A stretch of 64,000 bases of DNA from a virus. Position numbers and translations under genes: made by a program. Below are positions 57,323-64,000 of the stretch, one piece after another (positions within the stretch are counted from its first letter, which is position 1; every line of letters begins with the position of its first letter). The DNA lies in the IMG/VR virus record IMGVR_UViG_3300017786_000003, positions 1 through 64,000 of that record, one strand, 5' to 3'. Below the pieces are notes generated by a model. It searched no databases. It saw nothing but the letters and a program-made list of their open reading frames with translations, and was not told where the DNA came from.

Positions 57323-57358
57323 AGCTGCACTGCTCACTAGCAGGAGTGCAGCTATTTT
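57323..57358 (+). terminator. Hairpin / weak terminator
   Basis: AGCTGCACT / AGTGCAGCT plus ATTTT. Confidence 0.45.
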
Positions 57359-57384
57359 ATCTATAACAAATAAACATCCTTAAT

Positions 57385-58362
57385 ATGAAAGACATCTTTA
57401 AACCTAGACTCAATATTCTACCCTATGAATACCCACAATTATTAGCATATAAAGATGCCATTAGACATTCCTATTGGATTGATACAGAATTTAATTTTAC
57501 TGAAGATATACAGGACTTTAAAGTGACTATTAATCCTAGAGAAAGAGATGTTATAAAAAAGACTATGTTAGCTATTGCACAAATAGAAGTTAATGTTAAA
57601 ACTTTCTGGGCTGACATATATAAACGTATGCCTATTACAGAGATAGGAGATGTAGGAATGACATTTGCTGAGTCAGAAGTAAGACATAAAGATGCTTATG
57701 CTAGACTGTTGAGAATCTTAGGTTTAGAAGAAGAATTTAAAAATGTTGTTGAGGTACCAGCAATAAAAGGAAGGCTTAAATATTTAAAAAAATATTTAGA
57801 TGGTACAAGATCTAAAGACAACAAAATGTATACTAAATCTGTTTTACTATTCTCTTTATTTATAGAGCATGTTAGTTTGTTTAGCCAGTTCTTAATTATG
57901 ATGAGCTTTAATAAAGAAAAGAATGTACTAAAGGGTATATCTAATGTTGTAGAAGCAACAAGCAAAGAAGAAGAAATACACGGTAACTTTGGAGCAGAGT
58001 TAATTAATATTATTAAAGAAGAAAACCCGGAATGGTTTGACAAAGACTTTGAAGATCTAATACACTCAGCATGCAATAAAGCATATAAAGCAGAGTGTTG
58101 TATATTGGACTGGATATTTGAAAAAGGAGAACTAGACTTCTTACCAAAAGAAACTATAAAGAATTTTATCAAGAATAGATTCAATAATTCACTTGAAAAA
58201 ATTGGGATGCCAACTTTATTTATTGTAGATTTGGATCTGTTAGAGTCTACAGAATGGTTTGACATTGAGGTTACTGCAACAAAAGAAGGAGACTTCTTCT
58301 ACAAGAAAAGTGTTGACTATAATAAAAAGAGTAAAAGCATAACTGAAGATGACTTATTTTAA
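57385..58362 (+). CDS. nrdB: Ribonucleotide reductase beta subunit with class Id (NrdBi) signature
   Basis: AIAQIE68VNVK72, E98VRH101KDAY105, FIEHVSLFSQF, KEEEIHG, DFF...VDY. Confidence 0.92.
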   Translation: MKDIFKPRLNILPYEYPQLLAYKDAIRHSYWIDTEFNFTEDIQDFKVTINPRERDVIKKTMLAIAQIEVNVKTFWADIYKRMPITEIGDVGMTFAESEVRHKDAYARLLRILGLEEEFKNVVEVPAIKGRLKYLKKYLDGTRSKDNKMYTKSVLLFSLFIEHVSLFSQFLIMMSFNKEKNVLKGISNVVEATSKEEEIHGNFGAELINIIKEENPEWFDKDFEDLIHSACNKAYKAECCILDWIFEKGELDFLPKETIKNFIKNRFNNSLEKIGMPTLFIVDLDLLESTEWFDIEVTATKEGDFFYKKSVDYNKKSKSITEDDLF

Positions 58363-58364
58363 TT

Positions 58365-59990
58365 ATGGAATATAAAAAATACTACTGGCTAAATGAAAAT
58401 AGTAGAACCTTTTTATCTAGAGGTTATATAACAGAATCACCAGAACAAAGAATAAAAGACATAGCTAATAAAGCAGAGAAATATCTTCATATGCCTGGCT
58501 TTGCTGAAAAGTTTGAGAACTATATGTCTAAAGGATTTTACTCACTATCTACTCCTGTATGGATAAACTTTGGTAAACCAAAAGGTTTGCCTATTAGTTG
58601 TTACGGATCCAATATAGATGATAACTTAAATAGTATACTTAATGCAGGACGTGAGATTGGAATGATGTCAAAATATGGTGGAGGTACAAGTTGCTTTTTA
58701 GGGAATATAAGACCTAGAGGATCAAAGATATCTACAGGAGGCTTAGCTGATGGACCAGTACACTATGCTAGAATATATGATACAGTTGTAGATGTATGTA
58801 AACAATCTGAAGCAAGGCGTGGAGCCTGTGCAGCATATCTACCATTAGAGCATCCAGACATAGATGAGTTCTTAGATATAGGTACTGAGGGAAATCCAAT
58901 ACAAAACTTACAGTATGGTATTACAGTTTCTGATGCTTGGTTGAGATCTATGAAAGCAGGTAGTAAAGATAAACGTAAGATATGGGCTAAAGTAATTCAA
59001 AGAAGATCTGAGTTTGGATATCCTTATATAATGTTCAAAGACAATTCTAATAAGAACACTCCATACAATGAGATAGGAATGGAAATCACAGCATCAAACT
59101 TATGTTCAGAAATCCAACTACCAACAGACACCTATAACTCCTTTGTGTGTTGTTTGGGTTCTATTAACTTACTACACTGGGATGAGATAATAAAGACTGA
59201 TGCAATAGAAACGTATGTATTCTTTTTGAATGCTGTTATGGATGAGTTCATTAAGAAAGCGGAAGTAAAAGCTGGCCTTAAAAGAGCATATAACTTTGCT
59301 AGCAAACATAGAGCTATTGGTTTAGGTGTGTTAGGTTATCACAGTTTGTTTCAGTCAAAGCTAATAGAGTTTGAATCATTAGCTGCTAAACAACTAAACA
59401 ATCATATATTTAAACATTTAAAAGAAGTATCAGATGAAGCATCAAGATGGTTATATGAACACAGGGGATATAGATCCCTACGAGAAGGCTATGCAAACAC
59501 AACTCTTATGGCTATTGCTCCTACTAAATCAAGTTCATTTATCCACGGTGCTGTATCTATGGGTATTGAGCCAATAAAATCTAACTACTTTATCAAAGAT
59601 CTTGCTAAGTCTAAGACGGTGTATAAGAACCCATTCTTAGTAGAAGAGTTAGAAAAGTATGGTCTTAATAATAAAAAGACATGGGATAGTATATTAAAGA
59701 AAGATGGATCTGTACAGCACTTAAACTTCCCAACAAAAGAAGTATTTAAATCATTCATTGAAATAAGTCCTAAAGAACTAGTACTACAAGCAGCACAAAG
59801 ACAAAAGTATATTGATCAGTCACAGTCATTAAACTTAATGATTGACCCGTCTGTATCAGCTAAAGATATTAATAAGCTTTATTTATATGCACATGAAGAA
59901 GGAGTAAAAACACTATACTATCAGTTTAGTATAAGTTCTGCTCAAGACTTTGCTAGAAACATATTAGAGTGTGCAAGCTGTGAAGGATAA
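58365..59990 (+). CDS. nrdA: Ribonucleotide reductase alpha subunit (short, no ATP cone)
   Basis: PISCY, SNLCSEI, VCCLGSINL, IAPTKSSS, KTLYY, C-terminal CASCEG. Confidence 0.93.
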   Translation: MEYKKYYWLNENSRTFLSRGYITESPEQRIKDIANKAEKYLHMPGFAEKFENYMSKGFYSLSTPVWINFGKPKGLPISCYGSNIDDNLNSILNAGREIGMMSKYGGGTSCFLGNIRPRGSKISTGGLADGPVHYARIYDTVVDVCKQSEARRGACAAYLPLEHPDIDEFLDIGTEGNPIQNLQYGITVSDAWLRSMKAGSKDKRKIWAKVIQRRSEFGYPYIMFKDNSNKNTPYNEIGMEITASNLCSEIQLPTDTYNSFVCCLGSINLLHWDEIIKTDAIETYVFFLNAVMDEFIKKAEVKAGLKRAYNFASKHRAIGLGVLGYHSLFQSKLIEFESLAAKQLNNHIFKHLKEVSDEASRWLYEHRGYRSLREGYANTTLMAIAPTKSSSFIHGAVSMGIEPIKSNYFIKDLAKSKTVYKNPFLVEELEKYGLNNKKTWDSILKKDGSVQHLNFPTKEVFKSFIEISPKELVLQAAQRQKYIDQSQSLNLMIDPSVSAKDINKLYLYAHEEGVKTLYYQFSISSAQDFARNILECASCEG

Positions 59991-59991
59991 T

Positions 59992-61542
59992 TTATGAGTT
60001 TTCTAATGCTTTTACTTTAGCTGATAAATCTTGTATTGCTTTTACTAGAACAGGTATTAATCTACCATATGTAGCTTCTAGTTTTTCCGGATTAACATCA
60101 TATACTAATCTTGTATATTCATCATCAACTTCTTGTAAGTCTTGAGCTACAAAACCTACATCTTTTAAACCTTTTTTAGCACCATCTCTTCTATCCCACT
60201 CAAACGTTACTGGTTTTAAATTATCTACAAAGTCTAATCCATATACAGAATCTTTAATATCTTTTTTATCACGCTTATCTGATAAAGCTGTTATGCTTGT
60301 TACTTGACATCTTAAAGCAGCTGTACTAGAATTACCTAAAGTTATTTCATTACTTACAGTTAAACTACTAGGCTCAGCTTGATCACCTATAACTATATTG
60401 TTATTACCTGTAGTGGCTCCATCATTTGCTTTCCAACCAATTGCTATGTTTTGATTAGCTGAGATAAGTCCTTCTAATGCATAAGCACCTAAAGCTATAT
60501 TAAAATTACCATCTTGTAAGTTTTTTAAACAAGATCTACCAACACCAACATTATTAGTACTTTGGCCTGGATTTACACTTTTAATTTCTGCACCTACAAA
60601 TGTATCAGCTAAACTTAATGTACATTCCATACCAGCTTCAAAACCTATAGCAGTGTTTGATGGTACCGCAAACATTGCAGATACATTTTGTTTGGCTAAT
60701 GCTTTATAACCTACAGCTGTACATTGAACTTCATTATTTTCTAAATTTAAAGCATTAAACCCAAAAGCTGTATTACCACTATCTCCTGGTACTCCACCAC
60801 CTTGACCAAGTAGGCTTGCTCCAGCCCCTATACCAAAAGCTGTAACACCTGCTTGAGTTGTTGCTGGATTTGCTCCTTGCATAAAAGTTCCTGAAGCTGG
60901 TGAATATTGAATTGGATTTGTCTCAATAATATTACCAGTACTATTAACAGATAAATTAAATGTAGGTGTACCAGTTTTGCTACCAGACCCATAATCTACA
61001 AACTTTACAGATTTATGCAAATCTATTTCTTCTGCTCCTGACGTAGTCTTAATCTCAAGCATTGGATTATTTCCAGCAGCTCCAAACTTTAAACCTAGCC
61101 CAGCCCAGTTATATAAAAATCCAAAACCTCCCCCGTCATCATCCCATCCGAATGAAACTTTAGCAACTTTATCTTGTTGTATCACAAATTCAGGATCACC
61201 AAGAGTTACACTACTAGGTTTATTTATAATAAATCTATCACAATCGTTAACTCTCATTTGATACAAACCAGTAGATAACTGTGGAGATTGCTCTAACTTA
61301 CTATCTGCTAAAGTTCCCTTTGGGCCGTCTGACCATAGAGGAACAAAGTTTGTTGTACCAGAGTTTAATGAAGTTCTAAATTCTTCAAAAGTAATAAGTC
61401 TATTCTCCATCTTAGGATCATATGCATAAATACCTTCTGGCCCTTGTATTCTTCCTAAAATTATATAGTTGTTTGGATCTACTTTCTTTGCTACTTTCTT
61501 TCTAGAAAGTAATCCCATCATATCTTGTAAAATATTTCCCAT
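59992..61542 (-). CDS. Fibre/spike protein with YadA-like repeats and C-terminal Peptidase S74 chaperone
   Basis: NTAFG/NTAIG/NIALG repeats; SDKRDKKDI...LKPVTFEW...GFVAQD...LIPVLVKAIQDL; shared N-terminal docking domain. Confidence 0.85.
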   Translation of the reverse strand: MGNILQDMMGLLSRKKVAKKVDPNNYIILGRIQGPEGIYAYDPKMENRLITFEEFRTSLNSGTTNFVPLWSDGPKGTLADSKLEQSPQLSTGLYQMRVNDCDRFIINKPSSVTLGDPEFVIQQDKVAKVSFGWDDDGGGFGFLYNWAGLGLKFGAAGNNPMLEIKTTSGAEEIDLHKSVKFVDYGSGSKTGTPTFNLSVNSTGNIIETNPIQYSPASGTFMQGANPATTQAGVTAFGIGAGASLLGQGGGVPGDSGNTAFGFNALNLENNEVQCTAVGYKALAKQNVSAMFAVPSNTAIGFEAGMECTLSLADTFVGAEIKSVNPGQSTNNVGVGRSCLKNLQDGNFNIALGAYALEGLISANQNIAIGWKANDGATTGNNNIVIGDQAEPSSLTVSNEITLGNSSTAALRCQVTSITALSDKRDKKDIKDSVYGLDFVDNLKPVTFEWDRRDGAKKGLKDVGFVAQDLQEVDDEYTRLVYDVNPEKLEATYGRLIPVLVKAIQDLSAKVKALENS

Positions 61543-61554
61543 TGGTTTGTGGTT

Positions 61555-61959
61555 TTAAAATTGTGATTCTCTTTTGCAATCATCAATAGAAAGCTGCAAC
61601 TCTTCTAGTGTCACTGGACATACAAGATCAAGCCCTGCTTTGAATGCAGCATACTTAAATCCATCCTTATCAAATACAATGATTGTTGGAGCCATTCGTA
61701 CTCTATACTTTTTCTTTGCTTTTAGGTTCTCTGATATATCCGCCCTATAGTATTTTACACCTGTTAGTTTTCCCCAGTCCTTAAAAGAGTTATCGTCATT
61801 AAATTCTGCCCAAAACTCTACTACAACCAAAACATCTAAATCGTCAAATGCAGAATTACCTACTACAGACTTTTCAAAATCTTTATCCGTTAACCAATCT
61901 TGTCCATTAACTGTAGTACTAAACAGTAAAAAAAAGAAACATAATACTGCTCTTTTCAT
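61555..61959 (-). CDS. Secreted thioredoxin-fold protein lacking CxxC
   Basis: Signal peptide ending VNG-Q; VVVEFWAEFN in place of WAxWCxxC; cis-Pro motif MAPTIIVF. Confidence 0.7.
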   Translation of the reverse strand: MKRAVLCFFFLLFSTTVNGQDWLTDKDFEKSVVGNSAFDDLDVLVVVEFWAEFNDDNSFKDWGKLTGVKYYRADISENLKAKKKYRVRMAPTIIVFDKDGFKYAAFKAGLDLVCPVTLEELQLSIDDCKRESQF

Positions 61960-61962
61960 AGT

Positions 61963-62244
61963 TTATTTTTTAGTTAAATCATAGATTCTCTCTTCCATTT
62001 TCTCAAACTTCTCAAGGAGCATCTCTACATCCTCTTGGGTATCCATAATTGTTTGTCTTACTAGTTCATCTTTTAGATCATACTCAACCCTGTCTATAAC
62101 TGGCTTGGGCATTTCCATTGCATGAGCTATATCTGCTTGGAGTGTAAACCACATTGTTGCTAATGTGATAGTAAATCCTACAATCATACCTATTGTTTTT
62201 AAGTCTAATGTTACCTGAGTTTCTTCTCCTATTTTCTGTGCCAT
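61963..62244 (-). CDS. Single-pass membrane protein with C-terminal coiled coil
   Basis: TM helix IGMIVGFTITLATMWF; coiled tail ending KMEERIYDL. Confidence 0.7.
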   Translation of the reverse strand: MAQKIGEETQVTLDLKTIGMIVGFTITLATMWFTLQADIAHAMEMPKPVIDRVEYDLKDELVRQTIMDTQEDVEMLLEKFEKMEERIYDLTKK

Positions 62245-62250
62245 TTTATT

Positions 62251-63459
62251 TTATTTAAAACTGAAATTTAATCCAAATGATGTAAGGAATAATTCACTAT
62301 CCCACATTTTAGAATACTCACCTTCAACAAATACTCCAAAGTTTTTACTGAGCTTCCAACCTAAACTAAGTCCAGCAGAATAATCATCCCACTGTTCTAG
62401 ATCTGCGTCTTCTCTTAATCCACCTTTACCCCAGTTGTTTCTATTTAGATAAGACACTTCTTCATCTCCTTTAATATATCTATGGTAAGGTAATATATAG
62501 TTTGCATATGCATGAACCCAAAATTTGCTTTCATAATGATAAAAATCCATTCCTACAATTGGTGCAATCTCACCAAAAGCATCAAGCATATCCCACTGCT
62601 CATTATTATAACGGTTCATAAGATCAGTAAATACTGTTTCTCTAAACTCTAAGTCTGTATCAGCTACTCTATTTCCTTGAGGATCTACCCAATACCAGTC
62701 ACTTGTTTGGTTCCCTAGCTCATCTTCTGAAGTATAATATATATCATCATACCCATATTCAAACCCTAGCTCATACCAATAGTTTACAGGATACTCTTCA
62801 CCGTTTATAACTTGTGTTTCATTTAACCATATTTCAATTGGATTATATCCATAAGCACGGTCATGAGTACGGTAGATTGCTCCAGCTGATATACTAAACT
62901 TTTCACCTAATGGTAACCTAGCTCTTAACTCTGCTGACTGATAATCAAGATTTATCTTTCCTACTTCTCTTGATTCAACTTTTACTATGTGATATTTTCC
63001 ACTATGTTTTAAAAAGAATCTATGATTTTTAAAGTCTTCTCCTCTCCATCTTTCTTTTTCAAAATGGAATTGATATTCTAATCCTTGTAGTGCAGAAGAA
63101 GGTGCAGTAAAAGCAAGCTGTTGTTCTGTGCCATCATACCAGTTTCTTGGCTTTCTTTCATAATCAAATCTTGCTAGCTTTCTAATACCAAATCCATATC
63201 TATAGTCAAAAGGAAATACTTCCGTATTATCTACTACATCTGGAATAGAATATAAGCCACCATCTGGGTTTGTTCTTACAAAATAAGTTTGTTGTCTTGC
63301 TTCTATAGAATTTTTTACATCACCGGCACCATATACAGTACCATACTGTAGAAAATCAGAAACTAAATCCTTTACAAAACTACGTTCTTTAATAGAATCT
63401 TGTGCTAGTAATGTAGTGTAAGAGAGCATACATACCAACACTAAAAAATATTTTCTCAT
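62251..63459 (-). CDS. Putative outer-membrane beta-barrel protein
   Basis: Signal peptide ending LLA-Q; aromatic-rich alternating strands; C-terminal strand FGLNFSFK. Confidence 0.65.
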   Translation of the reverse strand: MRKYFLVLVCMLSYTTLLAQDSIKERSFVKDLVSDFLQYGTVYGAGDVKNSIEARQQTYFVRTNPDGGLYSIPDVVDNTEVFPFDYRYGFGIRKLARFDYERKPRNWYDGTEQQLAFTAPSSALQGLEYQFHFEKERWRGEDFKNHRFFLKHSGKYHIVKVESREVGKINLDYQSAELRARLPLGEKFSISAGAIYRTHDRAYGYNPIEIWLNETQVINGEEYPVNYWYELGFEYGYDDIYYTSEDELGNQTSDWYWVDPQGNRVADTDLEFRETVFTDLMNRYNNEQWDMLDAFGEIAPIVGMDFYHYESKFWVHAYANYILPYHRYIKGDEEVSYLNRNNWGKGGLREDADLEQWDDYSAGLSLGWKLSKNFGVFVEGEYSKMWDSELFLTSFGLNFSFK

Positions 63460-63506
63460 ATTTTAAATGTATTATATTAATAAGCTGTGCATTGGTTTGT
63501 ATACTA

Positions 63507-63514
63507 ATAATATA
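63507..63514 (-). promoter_or_regulatory. Late promoter motif TATATTAT
   Basis: About 50 nt upstream of the beta-barrel gene. Confidence 0.4.
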
Positions 63515-63530
63515 AGAATTTTTTACTAAA

Positions 63531-64000
63531 TTATTTAATAAAGAAGTCACTATTTTTAAGATAGCTATCCCATTTTTGGAATGTATACCAAATAGGAACA
63601 ACATCTTTCCAATTTTTAGCAAGTTTCAGTTCTCCTTTTCTAGGCTTATTTTGATATACATACTCAGAGTTCTCTCTAAATTCTTTATCACTATAATATA
63701 CATAAGCTATTGGAGTTCTAAAAGATAAAGATAAAGCCTCACCCAGTTCTCCTAATGTTCTTGTAGCTGCTATAGGTGACTTAAACATTTGATACTGTTG
63801 TTTTAATCCAGAAGGATGCGGTGTAAATAATACTAATTCTTTATATGTTCTATCTGCTTGATATTTAGCAATATTTTTAAATCTTTTTGTTAGTTCTGAG
63901 TCATCATCATCACCAGCTAACATTACTTGCATTAACTCACTAAGTAAAAATACTGATATCATAATTCCTATTTCACCTGCAGTTCTGTAGAAACCATATA
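63531..64000 (-). CDS. C-terminal end of a larger protein (possible internal virion/cargo protein)
   Basis: Frame stays open beyond the track start to the window end (YGFYRTAGEIGIMISVFLL...); hydrophobic segment followed by an acidic patch. Confidence 0.55.
   Translation of the reverse strand, partial: YGFYRTAGEIGIMISVFLLSELMQVMLAGDDDDSELTKRFKNIAKYQADRTYKELVLFTPHPSGLKQQYQMFKSPIAATRTLGELGEALSLSFRTPIAYVYYSDKEFRENSEYVYQNKPRKGELKLAKNWKDVVPIWYTFQKWDSYLKNSDFFIK

Noticed and set aside
49412-61542. Diversity-generating retroelement or invertible cassette acting on fibres
   Set aside because: No reverse transcriptase, recombinase or adenine-variable template/variable repeat pair found in the window
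1-64000. Stop-codon reassignment (TAG or TGA), known in some crAss-like phages
   Set aside because: Long genes are intact under the standard code, TAG/TGA end genes at sensible positions (MCP, portal and TerL end in TAG), and no suppressor tRNA is seen
1-64000. Prophage or host-chromosome context
   Set aside because: No integrase, att site, rRNA or housekeeping operons; host-like genes (groES, ung, nrdAB) are embedded in phage operons

Overview
AT-rich (roughly 30% GC by eye), densely coding 64-kb segment of a lytic crAss-like (Crassvirales-type, podovirus) phage genome using the standard genetic code. The host is most likely a marine or aquatic Flavobacteriaceae/Bacteroidota: promoters carry TAnnTTTG -7 boxes, starts are A-rich without Shine-Dalgarno, signal peptides have Gln at +1, and the phage encodes DUF4846 and a class Id-type RNR. 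Layout: (1) 1-22.4 kb, minus strand, the virion morphogenesis block (fibres, ring and auxiliary capsid proteins, major capsid protein, scaffold, portal, TerL, GroES, HU-like protein, amidase endolysin, small basic proteins). (2) 22.4-23.6 kb, a divergent, largely non-coding control/origin-like region. (3) 22.9-48.9 kb, plus strand, early/replication genes (SF2 helicase, HNH, UDG, DnaB, Sak4-like ATPase, SSB-like protein, primase, RusA-like resolvase, DUF2201/vWA plus MoxR-type AAA+, PD-(D/E)XK exonuclease, PolB, DUF932, dATP/dGTP diphosphohydrolase). (4) 49-64 kb, mostly minus strand, more fibres, holin, very basic small proteins and a secreted beta-barrel/thioredoxin-fold operon, interrupted by a plus-strand nrdB-nrdA cassette. 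The most notable observations: four fibre-like proteins share one N-terminal docking domain; a three-gene outer-membrane module; a MoxR-vWA-metallopeptidase operon with three related partner proteins; an unannotated 27-aa CDGSH-type [2Fe-2S] peptide; an RNR with Mn-dependent class Id signatures; Gly-Gly-motif protamine-like proteins; and three recurring intergenic DNA motifs. All family assignments come from motif recognition by eye, not from database searches.
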